Source: an uncultured Planctomycetales bacterium (GTDB lineage: Bacteria; Omnitrophota; Gorgyraeia; Zapsychrales; CAZBRU01). Taken from it: a DNA stretch of 64,000 nt. Made by a program: the position numbers and the translations under genes. The notes beneath the pieces were generated by a model. It was not told where the DNA came from. It worked only from the letters and a program-made list of their open reading frames with translations, and did not search any database. Of this stretch, positions 35,438-45,323 are shown in pieces. Numbering within the stretch: position 1 is the stretch's first letter; each line of letters begins with the position of its first letter. The stretch lies in contig CAZEUO010000006.1 of assembly GCA_964515035.1 (NCBI GenBank), forward strand, positions 10,103 to 74,102, given 5' to 3'.

Positions 35438-37220
35438 ATCCCTCATTCGCAATTTCTCTATCATTGCCCATATCGATCATGGCAAATCCACCTTAGCCGA
35501 CAGGTTATTGCTATTTACCGGAGCTATTGACGAAAGAAAATTCCATAACCAGCTTCTGGATGATATGGACTTAGAACAAGAGCGCGGGATTACCATCAAA
35601 GCCTCGGCCGTGCGAATCAATTACAAAGCGAGCGATGGAGAAAGTTATGTTTTAAACCTCATTGATACACCGGGGCATGTTGATTTTACCTATGAAGTTG
35701 AAAAATCCTTGCGCGCCTGTGAAGGGGCGCTGTTGGTCGTTGACGCGTCCCAAGGGGTCGAGTCTCAAACCGTTGCCAATTTTCATTTGGCTATTCATAA
35801 CAACCTTGAAATCCTTCCTCTGATTAACAAAATCGATATCGCTGGTATTGATATTGAAAATGTTAAAAAAGAATTAAAAGAAATTTTCGGCTTTAAAGAA
35901 CAGGACATGCTCTTGGTTTCGGCCAAAGAGGGGATTGGCATTCAAGAGGCACTGGAGAAAGTTATTGAATTTATCCCCGCGCCCGATGGCGATGAGGCGG
36001 CACCTTTACAAGCTTTCATTTTTGATTTGAAATACGATATCTACAAAGGCGTGATTATTTATATCCGGGTGATCAACGGACGGATTGCGCCACAAATGCC
36101 GATTCGGATGATTCATGCCGGCAAGGAATTTAATGTCGAGGAAATCGGGATTTTTAAGCCTGAAGCGGCCCAGATTTCAGAATTGACATGCGGGGAAGTC
36201 GGGTACATCACCTGCAATCTTCACGATACCCAACAGGTGAAAGTTGGTGATACCGTGACTGAAGTCGCCAGGCCGTGCCTTCAACCGCTTGAAGGATATC
36301 GCCAACTTAAGCCTTTGGTTTTTTGCGGGGTGTATCCGGTCAATTCCAAAGATTTTATGTCGCTACGTGAGGCCATTGCCAAATTAAAACTCAATGACCC
36401 CAGTTTTGTTTATGAACCGGAAACGTCGCAATCATTTGGCCACGGTTTTCGCTGCGGGTTTTTGGGACTCTTGCACATGGAAATTGTTCAGGAACGGTTG
36501 CAGCGGGAATATGATTTAAATTTGATTCTCACAACGCCCAACGTCAGTTACCGGGTGGTCAAAAGAAACGACGAAACCTATGAAATCGAAAGCCCATCGG
36601 AATTACCCAGCGGCTCCGAAATCAAACGCATGGAAGAGCCGTGTCTGGCCGTCGCTATCATTACTCCCGTCTTTGCCATGGATAGCGTCATGGAACTGGC
36701 AAAAAAGAAAAGGGGAACGTTTCAAAAAAGTGAATTTGTTTCTGACCGCATGAAGATTTCATTTGATATTCCTTTGTCGGAGGTCATTGTTGATTTTAAT
36801 GATCTCATCAAATCAGCCACAAAAGGTTACGGCTCGATCGATTATGAATTTAAGGGCTACATTCCGGCGGATATTACCAAGATGGACATCTTGATTAATG
36901 ATAAAATTTGCGACGCCTTTTCCTGTCTCGTCAATAAAGAGCGGGCCTATGAAAAAAGCAAGGCGTTGGTCGACAAATTAAAGGAAATAATTCCACAGCA
37001 GCTTTTTGAAGTGCGCATTCAAGCAACTTGTGACGGCCGGATTATTGCCAGCGCCAGAGTGAAATCTGCAGGCAAAAATGTTACGGCCAAATGTTATGGC
37101 GGAGATATTACCCGCAAACGCAAACTTTGGGAAAAGCAAAAAGAAGGAAAAAAGCGACTAAAGCAATTTGGCCAGGTTGAAATTCCCCAGGAGGCCTTTT
37201 TAGCGGCATTGAAAATATGA
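35430..37220 (+). CDS. lepA: elongation factor 4 (LepA)
   Basis: IIAHIDHGKSTLADRL...DTPGHVDF...NKID. 596 aa. Confidence 0.95.
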   Translation: MDKSLIRNFSIIAHIDHGKSTLADRLLLFTGAIDERKFHNQLLDDMDLEQERGITIKASAVRINYKASDGESYVLNLIDTPGHVDFTYEVEKSLRACEGALLVVDASQGVESQTVANFHLAIHNNLEILPLINKIDIAGIDIENVKKELKEIFGFKEQDMLLVSAKEGIGIQEALEKVIEFIPAPDGDEAAPLQAFIFDLKYDIYKGVIIYIRVINGRIAPQMPIRMIHAGKEFNVEEIGIFKPEAAQISELTCGEVGYITCNLHDTQQVKVGDTVTEVARPCLQPLEGYRQLKPLVFCGVYPVNSKDFMSLREAIAKLKLNDPSFVYEPETSQSFGHGFRCGFLGLLHMEIVQERLQREYDLNLILTTPNVSYRVVKRNDETYEIESPSELPSGSEIKRMEEPCLAVAIITPVFAMDSVMELAKKKRGTFQKSEFVSDRMKISFDIPLSEVIVDFNDLIKSATKGYGSIDYEFKGYIPADITKMDILINDKICDAFSCLVNKERAYEKSKALVDKLKEIIPQQLFEVRIQATCDGRIIASARVKSAGKNVTAKCYGGDITRKRKLWEKQKEGKKRLKQFGQVEIPQEAFLAALKI

Positions 37221-37804
37221 TGACACCCAAGCAGCATAAACATAAATCAAATTTGCGAGAATGGATTGAGTCGATTGTTATCGCCGTTATCCTGGCGTTG
37301 TTTATCCGCACTTTTTTTATTCAGGCTTTTAAAATTCCGACCGGATCCATGCGGACAACGCTTTTAGAGGGCGACAGGATTCTCGTCAATAAGCTGCGCT
37401 ACGGGGCGAAAGTCCCCTTTACGGCATTGCGTTTGCCCGGTTATGGTAAACCTCAGCGCGGGGATGTCATTGTTTTTATTTATCCGGAGGATCCAAAGAG
37501 GGATTTTATTAAGCGATTGATTGCCTTAGGCGGAGATACCGTTGAGATCAATAACGGGAATATTTACGTCAACAATCAGGAAGTGGTGGATTCGCCGATA
37601 AAAAATATTTATTATTACAACCGCGGTGATTACGGAAAAGTCGGGCAGACAATTAAAGTTCCGGAGGATTCCTATTTTGTCCTTGGGGATAACAGCGCTT
37701 CAAGCAAGGACAGCCGTTATTGGGGATTTGTCCCGCAAAAAGATCTCATCGGTCGGGCGGAATTTATTTATTGGCCGTTAACGCGTCTTCGGGTCATTAA
37801 ATGA
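37217..37804 (+). CDS. lepB: signal peptidase I
   Basis: GSMRTTLLEGDRILVNK (Ser box), KRLIALGGD (Lys box), GDNSASSKDSRYWG. Confidence 0.85.
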   Translation: MMTPKQHKHKSNLREWIESIVIAVILALFIRTFFIQAFKIPTGSMRTTLLEGDRILVNKLRYGAKVPFTALRLPGYGKPQRGDVIVFIYPEDPKRDFIKRLIALGGDTVEINNGNIYVNNQEVVDSPIKNIYYYNRGDYGKVGQTIKVPEDSYFVLGDNSASSKDSRYWGFVPQKDLIGRAEFIYWPLTRLRVIK

Positions 37805-38058
37805 TGAAGTGCGCGAGATTCTTGCTGTTATTTTGTGTAATAATCCTATCGGGGTGCAATACCGTAACGCCAAAGACTGAGGATTCTCAGATCAAAGAAA
37901 CTTCCAAGGAAGTTCAAGCGGCCGTCACAACGGTGGTTGATTCGGTGAGCGGAAAAAAAAGAATTGTCCGTTATTGCCCGGTGTGCGGTAAGCATTATAG
38001 CGCTAGCGTGTCCCAATGTTCCATTGATGGCGCAACCTTGCAGGAAATCGAAGAGTAG
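37801..38058 (+). CDS. small lipoprotein with C-terminal CxxC zinc-ribbon-like motif
   Basis: Signal plus lipobox LSGC. CPVCGKHY...C. Confidence 0.35.
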   Translation: MMKCARFLLLFCVIILSGCNTVTPKTEDSQIKETSKEVQAAVTTVVDSVSGKKRIVRYCPVCGKHYSASVSQCSIDGATLQEIEE

Positions 38059-38060
38059 TC

Positions 38061-38618
38061 ATGGGTTTAAGTTTTGCCAACAAAGTCACCATCTGCCGCA
38101 TTCTCGCCGTTCCGGTTTTTATCCTCGCGTTAGCCTATTCGTCTCAACGACAATACTTTCGAGAGATTGCCATCGGTGTTTTTTTGTTGGCGGTCATTTC
38201 GGATGTGGTCGATGGTTATATCGCCCGGCGATGGTATCAAAAAACAACAGCCGGCGCTATTCTTGACCCTTTGGCGGACAAATTGCTTTTGATAAGTGCG
38301 TTTGTTTGCCTTTTCATTTTAGGAAAAACATTCGGGGAGGTATATTTTCCGCTTTGGTTTGTTTTGATTGTTATCAGCCGTGACGTGATTTTGTTGGTCG
38401 GCTCGTTAATCATCTATCAGGTCCACGGTCAATTGGAGATATCACCGACCAAGTGGGGCAAGACGACGGCATTTTTTCAAATTCTCTGCATTCTGGGAGT
38501 TTTATTTCAAATCGAAATTTCTCAGGTTGTCTGGTATTTGACGGTTGTGTTAACGTTTATTTCGGGGGTCGGGTATCTTCGCAAGGGGATTAAGGTTCTC
38601 AATGCTTCTTCTCGTTAA
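38061..38618 (+). CDS. CDP-alcohol phosphatidyltransferase family protein
   Basis: DGYIARR...GAILDPLADKLL motif. Multiple TM helices. Confidence 0.7.
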   Translation: MGLSFANKVTICRILAVPVFILALAYSSQRQYFREIAIGVFLLAVISDVVDGYIARRWYQKTTAGAILDPLADKLLLISAFVCLFILGKTFGEVYFPLWFVLIVISRDVILLVGSLIIYQVHGQLEISPTKWGKTTAFFQILCILGVLFQIEISQVVWYLTVVLTFISGVGYLRKGIKVLNASSR

Positions 38619-39240
38619 AATATTTTTTGGTGTCATCGCGGCGTATCTGATCGGCTCGATTCCGACGGCTTATATTTTTGGAAAACTCTATCGCGGCATC
38701 GATATCCGTCAGTATGGTTCGGGCAACATCGGCGCGACCAATGTCTTTCGTGTCTTGGGAAAGGCCCCCGGAATTGTTGTTCTGGTTTTGGATGTTGCCA
38801 AAGGCGTTATCGCAACGGCCTTGATTCCAAGAATTTTCGGGCTTGAACAAATGCTTATTTATGTCCTTTTGGGGCTTGCGGCTGTTTCCGGTCACAACTG
38901 GACAGTTTTTCTTAACTTTAAAGGCGGTAAAGGTATGGCCACAAGCCTCGGGGTGTTGATTGGCCTGACCATCAGCATTGCCGCGATCCGCCCGGTTTTG
39001 GCTTGGTCCGTTGCCATTTGGTTGGCGGTTTTTTTGTTCACCGGTTTTGTGTCGTTGGCATCAGTTGTTGCTGCGGTTGTATTGCCTGTTTTAATGGTGA
39101 TGCTGACGACTTCTTTTGAGTTAATTTTTCTTGGAATTATTTTCTGCATTTTTATCGTTCTGCGTCATCGTCCTAATATCAAGCGGCTTCTCGCCCGAGA
39201 AGAACACAGGTTTTCCTTCCCGTACCAAAAAAGAAAGTAA
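38602..39240 (+). CDS. plsY: glycerol-3-phosphate acyltransferase PlsY
   Basis: GSGNIGATNVFRVLG...HNWTVFLNFKGGKG. Confidence 0.85.
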   Translation: MLLLVKIFFGVIAAYLIGSIPTAYIFGKLYRGIDIRQYGSGNIGATNVFRVLGKAPGIVVLVLDVAKGVIATALIPRIFGLEQMLIYVLLGLAAVSGHNWTVFLNFKGGKGMATSLGVLIGLTISIAAIRPVLAWSVAIWLAVFLFTGFVSLASVVAAVVLPVLMVMLTTSFELIFLGIIFCIFIVLRHRPNIKRLLAREEHRFSFPYQKRK

Positions 39241-39531
39241 ACTTTTTACGGCAATTCTCAGATTCCGCATCCTCGTTTTCCTCGGATGCGGAATTGATTC
39301 GTCCGCCTTGCGTCCTGCGTTCCGCAGGACGGCGGACGAATCAAGAAACCGCTTTCTTATTTTTCAAATTATTTGAAAACGCTTTCCTAAAACGCCTTTC
39401 AAAGCCTTGTTTCGATGGTAGGCGATGTTATACTTCGAGTAAGAAAACGAAAGAAAGGCTATGAGCTAACTTATTTCCGAAAACGCGAACGCAAAACCCA
39501 TTTTGATCCCCCACCAGCCATGGATGGGATA

Positions 39532-39592
39532 GCCGGGTTACCGAAGAAATAAGTCTTTTAAAAGGCACTATTTTGAGGTAACCCGGTTTTTT
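39532..39592 (+). terminator. intrinsic-terminator-like hairpin plus T7 tract inside the leader of ORF 39609 (candidate attenuator)
   Basis: ccgggttacc ... ggtaacccgg ttttttt. The 5' arm overlaps an alternative pairing ggctat/atagcc. Confidence 0.4.
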
Positions 39593-39608
39593 TGTTGAAA
39601 GGTGACGC

Positions 39609-39959
39609 ATGAAGGGGGCAAAAACAATGAGGGAAATTCTTTTTAAAAACCAGACATCGCTAAAAAATAGGCGCCGGGTTATTTGCGTCTGTGAGAAGGC
39701 GGAAAGCAAAGAGGTCACAACCCGCGTTCATAAGGTTTTTATTTATGTGGTCGGCCGGGAAGTGGAGGCGGTCGAAGATATTCCTGCTCCGGTCTTTTCC
39801 ATCATCAAACACTTCAATACCAAAACCAAAGAGGAAAAGTTTGCCTTTCGCGTTAAAGGCATGTTTTATGTTGTCAAAGACAACGGCTATTTGATGGTCC
39901 ATTTCTGCCACTCCCTTCGCATTGATGTTGCCCGCAAGAGCAAAGTCTCCGCTTCCTAA
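39609..39959 (+). CDS. hypothetical protein (116 aa)
   Basis: ORF with RBS gaaagg preceded by a structured leader. No family recognised. Confidence 0.4.
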   Translation: MKGAKTMREILFKNQTSLKNRRRVICVCEKAESKEVTTRVHKVFIYVVGREVEAVEDIPAPVFSIIKHFNTKTKEEKFAFRVKGMFYVVKDNGYLMVHFCHSLRIDVARKSKVSAS

Positions 39960-40038
39960 TTGTTTTATCCTTGTTTTGAAAAAATACCCCTTCAACCCTG
40001 ATGAATTATTTGACTATCCCTAGCTTTTGTGATACTTT

Positions 40039-40734
40039 ATGGCAATGATCAAGGACAATATTTTTCGTCTTAAAAAGGATATTTCTTTGGTCTGCCGGCG
40101 TCTGGGGCGGGATCCGCAACAGATTGCCCTGGTAGGTGTTACAAAATATGCGCAATCAATAGGGATTATTGAAGCCTTACAAATCGGCCTGACGCATATT
40201 GCAGAAAACAAGATTCAGGAAGCCAAAGAAAAATTTGCGGCAATTGATTTTTCAAAATATCCCGTGACACGTCATATGATCGGGCATCTGCAAACCAACA
40301 AGGTTAAAGATGCCCTGAAACTTTTTGACATGATTCAATCTCTCGATAGCATGAATTTAGCCGAGGCCATCGAACGTCAAGCCGGAGTACTGGGCCGAAC
40401 AGTGGATGTTTTGGTTCAAATCAATATTTCCAAAGAAGTTCAAAAATTTGGCGTCGATCCTCAGGAAGCATCGCCATTTATTGAGCGTTTGGCCACCTTT
40501 AAATACCTTAATGTTTTAGGCGTTATGGGTATGGCTCCAACGACAGATGATGAAGAAATCATTCGCAATTGTTTTCGAGGCTTAAGAGAATTTCGTGATA
40601 ATATTGAGGCGAAGTTCAAAGGAAGTGGTAATATCCAAATGAAGTTTCTCTCCATGGGCATGTCCCGCGATTATCGGATCGCTCTCGAGGAAGGCTCAAA
40701 CATGTTGCGCATAGGGAGTTTGATATTTAAATGA
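40039..40734 (+). CDS. yggS: YggS-family PLP-binding homeostasis protein
   Basis: IALVGVTKY (PLP Lys)...HMIGHLQTNK. About 230 aa TIM barrel. Confidence 0.85.
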   Translation: MAMIKDNIFRLKKDISLVCRRLGRDPQQIALVGVTKYAQSIGIIEALQIGLTHIAENKIQEAKEKFAAIDFSKYPVTRHMIGHLQTNKVKDALKLFDMIQSLDSMNLAEAIERQAGVLGRTVDVLVQINISKEVQKFGVDPQEASPFIERLATFKYLNVLGVMGMAPTTDDEEIIRNCFRGLREFRDNIEAKFKGSGNIQMKFLSMGMSRDYRIALEEGSNMLRIGSLIFK

Positions 40735-40837
40735 TGACACAACTTACGGAACGTTAGTGACGCAAGCTGTTGTAGGAATTTACCCCGCCTCTTGCATTCT
40801 GCAAGAATGCGGCGGGGTGATTTGGAGAAACAAAATC

Positions 40838-41626
40838 ATGCATAAAATCGGAATTATCGGCGGCGGAAATATGGGGGAGGCAATTATCGCCAGTTGCCTG
40901 AAACGTTTCTTTATTCATGTTTGCGAAAAAGATACGGCCCGCCAGCAGGCTCTTCATCAGGCTTATCGGCTGAATTTCTTTGACATCAAGGGCTTGGCAC
41001 AAAATTCCGACATTATCATTATTGCGGTCAAGCCGCAGGATATTGAAGGGGCTTTGAGGGAATTGGGCGAAGTTTTAAAAGACGGAACGCTCGTTGTTTC
41101 CATTGCCGCCGGCATTACGACTGGTTATATCGAACGCGTTCTTGGCAAAAAAAGACGAGTGGTGCGTACGATGCCTAACATGCCGGCGTTAATCGGCCAG
41201 GGAGTGACGGCGGTTTGTCAGGGAAATTTTGCCACTTTGGCTGATGTGGATTCGGTCTGCAAGGTTTTTAACAATTTGGGATCAACGATCGTTGTTGAGG
41301 AAAAATTCATTGATGCAGTTACGGCGGTTTCGGGAAGCGGGCCGGCGTATGTGTTTCTTTTTATTGAGCATTTGATGAAAGCGGCCGAAACGTTGGGTCT
41401 ACCGAAAGAAATGGCCAAGGAACTCGTGGAAAAAACTTTCTTGGGCAGCGTCAATCTTTTGCTGAAGCAAAAGATTGACGCTGGCGTTTTACGCGCCAAG
41501 GTGACCTCTAAAGGCGGAACGACTCAGGCTGCACTTAAAGTCTTCGAACGAAAAAATTTAGAAAAGATTTTTGAACTTGCCCTCAAAGCAGCCAAAAAAC
41601 GATCAAAAGAATTATCAAAAGCTTAA
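40838..41626 (+). CDS. proC: pyrroline-5-carboxylate reductase
   Basis: MHKIGIIGGGNMGEAI...AVSGSGPAYVF. Start set at ATG 40838. Confidence 0.8.
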   Translation: MHKIGIIGGGNMGEAIIASCLKRFFIHVCEKDTARQQALHQAYRLNFFDIKGLAQNSDIIIIAVKPQDIEGALRELGEVLKDGTLVVSIAAGITTGYIERVLGKKRRVVRTMPNMPALIGQGVTAVCQGNFATLADVDSVCKVFNNLGSTIVVEEKFIDAVTAVSGSGPAYVFLFIEHLMKAAETLGLPKEMAKELVEKTFLGSVNLLLKQKIDAGVLRAKVTSKGGTTQAALKVFERKNLEKIFELALKAAKKRSKELSKA

Positions 41627-41635
41627 GAGGCAATC

Positions 41636-42496
41636 ATGGCAAAAGTCGGGATTATCGGCGGTAGCGGTCTTTACGATATCGAGGGCATAAAGAATTTAAA
41701 GGAAATTAAAGTCAAAACGCCTTTCGGTTCCCCGTCTGACAGTCTGATGACAGGGAAACTGGAAGGAGTTGAGGTGGCTTTCCTGCCGCGTCACGGTCGT
41801 GGCCATCGCATTTCCCCCAGTGAAATTAATTATCGCGCCAATATTTTTGCCATGAAAACTTTTGGCGTTCAGGCGATTCTTTCGGTTTCGGCTTGCGGAA
41901 GTCTAAAAGAGGAATTAAAGCCTCTCGATTTTGTCATTCCCGATCAATTTCTCGACAGGACAAACCGTTCTCGCCAAGCGACATTTTTTACCGGTGGCAT
42001 TGTCGCTCATGTCGCATTTGCTGATCCTGTAAGCCCTGAACTTGCGGATATTCTTTTTAATGCAGTCAAAGAAATCGGCGCGACCGTTCACAAGGGCGGA
42101 ACCTATGTCAATATGGAAGGCCCGCAATTTTCCACAAAAGCGGAGTCGCATCTTTACCGCAGCTGGGGCATGGATATTATCGGAATGACAAATTTAACCG
42201 AGGCCAAGCTTGCGCGCGAGGCAGAGATTTCCTACGCAACTCTCGCCGCCGTTACCGATTATGACTGCTGGCATGAGTCTCATGAAAGTGTCACACTCGA
42301 AATGATTATCGGTAACCTTAACAAAAACATCGACAACGCTAAGAAAATCTTAAAAGTGGCCATTCCCAGAGTCGGAAAGCTGAAAAAATTCAGCGCCGAA
42401 GGCGCAATCCAGTTCTCCATTGTCACAAACCCCAAGCTCATTCCCGCAAAAGTCAAAAAAGACCTCAAGGTACTCATTGGAAAATACATCAAATAG
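41636..42496 (+). CDS. mtnP: S-methyl-5'-thioadenosine (purine nucleoside) phosphorylase
   Basis: KVGIIGGSGLY...LPRHGRGH...GMT. PNP family. Confidence 0.8.
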   Translation: MAKVGIIGGSGLYDIEGIKNLKEIKVKTPFGSPSDSLMTGKLEGVEVAFLPRHGRGHRISPSEINYRANIFAMKTFGVQAILSVSACGSLKEELKPLDFVIPDQFLDRTNRSRQATFFTGGIVAHVAFADPVSPELADILFNAVKEIGATVHKGGTYVNMEGPQFSTKAESHLYRSWGMDIIGMTNLTEAKLAREAEISYATLAAVTDYDCWHESHESVTLEMIIGNLNKNIDNAKKILKVAIPRVGKLKKFSAEGAIQFSIVTNPKLIPAKVKKDLKVLIGKYIK

Positions 42497-45323
42497 CAAA
42501 ATAGATTACAGGCCGACGCTTAATCTGCCTCAAACGGATTTTTCCATGAAGGCGAATCTGACTCAGCGCGAGCCTGCAATGTTAGAGAAGTGGGCGAAGG
42601 ATAATATCTATCGCGCGATCCGGGAAAAATCCAAAGGCAAAAAAAAGTTTATTCTTCACGATGGTCCGCCATACGCCAACGGCAATATCCATATCGGCCA
42701 CGCCTTAAATAAAATCTTGAAAGACATTATCGTGAAGTTTCGCACCATGGAAGGGCATGACAGCGCTTATGTTCCGGGTTGGGATTGCCACGGGCTTCCG
42801 ATCGAACATCAGCTATTAAAAGAATTAAAATTGGAGAAATCCAAAGTCGAACGTGTTGAATTTCGCCGCAAAGCCCACGACTATGCCATGAAATACGTCG
42901 GCATTCAGCGCGAGCAGTTTCAACGTCTGGGAGTTTTTGGGGATTGGGATAACCCTTATTTAACTTTAACCCCTGATTATGAATATTGGATTTTAAAATC
43001 TCTCGCGGATTTAAATAAAAATGGTTACATCTATCGCGGATTAAAACCCGTCAATTGGTGTTTTAGCTGCGAAACCGCTTTAGCCGAGGCCGAAGTCGAA
43101 TACAAAGATCACCCCTCGCCTTCGGTTTATGTGAAATTTAAAGTCAACAATCCCGACGCAATTAAAGGATTGCCCAAAGGAAAAAAACTTTCCCTTTTGG
43201 TGTGGACGACGACACCGTGGACACTTTTAGCCAATGTAGCGGTCGCTGTCCACGCGACTTACAAATATTCCTTTGTCGATGTTGAAGATGAGATTTTAGT
43301 TATCGAAAGTACTTTAATCAATTCTGTTTTAGCCGAAAAAATTACCGGTGAACATAAAGCGGTCAAGGAAGTCGATGGGGCAGGGTTAACCAAATTGACT
43401 TATACTCATCCTTTCGGCGTCAAAGAAAATTGCCCGGTTGTTAGCGTTGATTATGTAACCAAAGAAGAGGGCACCGGATTGGTGCATACCGCGCCCGGGC
43501 ATGGGCAGGAAGATTTTGAGACGGGTCAAAAATACAAATTAGACGTGCTGATGCCAGTTGATCAGCGGGGAATTTTTGACGAAAAAGGCGGTGCCTTCAA
43601 AGGCCAGCACGTTTTTAAGGCCAACGCGCATATCATAGAAGATTTATCGAAACGCAGCCTTTTGTTTGCGGCAAAAGATAAACCTCACTCCTATCCGCAT
43701 TGCTGGCGCTGCAAAAATCCGGTCATCTTTCGCGCAACCGAACAATGGTTTTTGAAAATTGATCATAAGAATTTAAGGGGAAAGCTCGTTGAGGCGATTA
43801 AAAACGACGTTCAATGGGTTCCCGAAGGCGGGCGGGAAAGAATTTTAGGAATGGTGGCAACGCGGCCCGATTGGTGTCTTTCACGTCAGCGCTATTGGGG
43901 CGTTCCGATTCCGGCGGTTGTCTGCAAGCACTGCAAAGAAGAACATTTGCTTTTGACAGAAACAATTGAAAAATTTGCCGATATCACGAAAAAAGAAGGA
44001 AGCGACGCGTGGTTTATCCGTGATGTGAAGGATTTTCTTCCGGCTAAAACCGTTTGCAAAAAATGCGGCCGAAGCGATTTTGAAAAAACAAATGACATTT
44101 TGGATGTTTGGTTTGATTCGGGGGTCAGTCATCAAGCGGTTTGCAAGGCAATGATGAACGAAAAGCTTCCCGTTTCGCTTTATCTCGAAGGGTCCGATCA
44201 ACATCGCGGCTGGTTTCAATCGTCCTTGATACCCGGCGTTGCCATTGAAGGTAAAGCGCCCTATCAGGCGGTCTTGACGCATGGCTTTGTCGTTGACGGC
44301 CAAGGGCGAAAGATGTCAAAGTCTCTCGGAAATGTCGTTTCACCCCAAGATATCATTAAAAGTCACGGCGCCGATATTTTACGGCTTTGGGTTGCCTCCA
44401 GTAACTACAATGACGATATTCGAATTTCAAAGGAAATTCTCGATCGCTTGATTGACGCGTATCGTAAAATCAGAAACACCTTTCGTTTTATTTTAAGTAA
44501 TCTCTATGATTTTCATCCTGACAAAGATCGCGTTGAATATGGCGAGCTTATGGATATTGATAGATGGGCGCTTTACCATTTAGGCGGGGCGTTAGACGCC
44601 GTAACCGGCCATTATAATGCGTATGACTTTGATAGGGCGTATAAGGCGATTTATTCGTTTTGTAATGACGATCTCTCCAGCATTTATCTTGACATCCTAA
44701 AAGACAGATTGTATACTGCCCCCTCGCAATCAACCGCCAGGCGTGCAGCGCAAACTGTTCTTTATGATATACTTGATACGCTTGTAAGGATCACGGCACC
44801 GATTTTAAGCTTTACCTGCCAGGAAGTTTTTGAGGTCATGGCGAAAACGGAGTTTTCAGGTCCCGTGGCTGGTGTTCATCTCCTAGATTGGCCAAAAGCC
44901 AAAGATGAATGGAAAGATGCCAGAGGTGTCGCCAACGAAGAAAAATTGAAAATTCCTTTGGCACTACGGCCCTTTGTACTAAAATCCTTGGAGGAAAAAC
45001 GGCAGGCCGGTGTTATCGGCAGTTCGCTTGAGGCTAAGGTCATTTTCGAGACTGCGAGCGATCGGGACCGTCAAGCTTTGGAAGTACAAAGAGCGGTTTT
45101 AGCATCGATCTATATCGTTTCACAAGCTGAAGTTAGGAAAGCCGAAAACGTTACTCAAGGCGTAAACCAGGATTTCTCGAAAACGCACATTGTGATTGAA
45201 AAGGCTGATGGTCAGAAGTGCGCACGTTGTTGGAATTACAGCGTTCGTGTCGGAGAAGATCAGGAACATTCCGGTTTGTGTGAACGATGTGTTGAAACAA
45301 TAAGGAGCTTAAAGGATGCCTAA
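42420..45323 (+). CDS. ileS: isoleucyl-tRNA synthetase
   Basis: PPYANGNIHIGHALNKILKD (HIGH), KMSKSLGN (KMSKS), C-terminal CxxC zinc motifs. Start ambiguous: ATG 42420 overlaps mtnP, or in-frame TTG 42477. Confidence 0.9.
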   Translation: MSQTPSSFPQKSKKTSRYSLENTSNSKIDYRPTLNLPQTDFSMKANLTQREPAMLEKWAKDNIYRAIREKSKGKKKFILHDGPPYANGNIHIGHALNKILKDIIVKFRTMEGHDSAYVPGWDCHGLPIEHQLLKELKLEKSKVERVEFRRKAHDYAMKYVGIQREQFQRLGVFGDWDNPYLTLTPDYEYWILKSLADLNKNGYIYRGLKPVNWCFSCETALAEAEVEYKDHPSPSVYVKFKVNNPDAIKGLPKGKKLSLLVWTTTPWTLLANVAVAVHATYKYSFVDVEDEILVIESTLINSVLAEKITGEHKAVKEVDGAGLTKLTYTHPFGVKENCPVVSVDYVTKEEGTGLVHTAPGHGQEDFETGQKYKLDVLMPVDQRGIFDEKGGAFKGQHVFKANAHIIEDLSKRSLLFAAKDKPHSYPHCWRCKNPVIFRATEQWFLKIDHKNLRGKLVEAIKNDVQWVPEGGRERILGMVATRPDWCLSRQRYWGVPIPAVVCKHCKEEHLLLTETIEKFADITKKEGSDAWFIRDVKDFLPAKTVCKKCGRSDFEKTNDILDVWFDSGVSHQAVCKAMMNEKLPVSLYLEGSDQHRGWFQSSLIPGVAIEGKAPYQAVLTHGFVVDGQGRKMSKSLGNVVSPQDIIKSHGADILRLWVASSNYNDDIRISKEILDRLIDAYRKIRNTFRFILSNLYDFHPDKDRVEYGELMDIDRWALYHLGGALDAVTGHYNAYDFDRAYKAIYSFCNDDLSSIYLDILKDRLYTAPSQSTARRAAQTVLYDILDTLVRITAPILSFTCQEVFEVMAKTEFSGPVAGVHLLDWPKAKDEWKDARGVANEEKLKIPLALRPFVLKSLEEKRQAGVIGSSLEAKVIFETASDRDRQALEVQRAVLASIYIVSQAEVRKAENVTQGVNQDFSKTHIVIEKADGQKCARCWNYSVRVGEDQEHSGLCERCVETIRSLKDA

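Noticed and set aside
39377-39608. Checked this non-coding stretch for tmRNA, SRP RNA or 6S RNA
   Set aside because: There is no tRNA-like acceptor/T-arm with a 3' CCA context, no SRP domain-IV consensus, and no 6S-like long irregular duplex that I could fold. It is kept only as a cis-regulatory candidate.
39428-39718. Minus-strand 96-aa ORF across the structured leader and the start of ORF 39609
   Set aside because: It overlaps a hairpin-rich non-coding region and the RBS and start of the plus-strand gene. No domain, and it is more parsimoniously non-coding.
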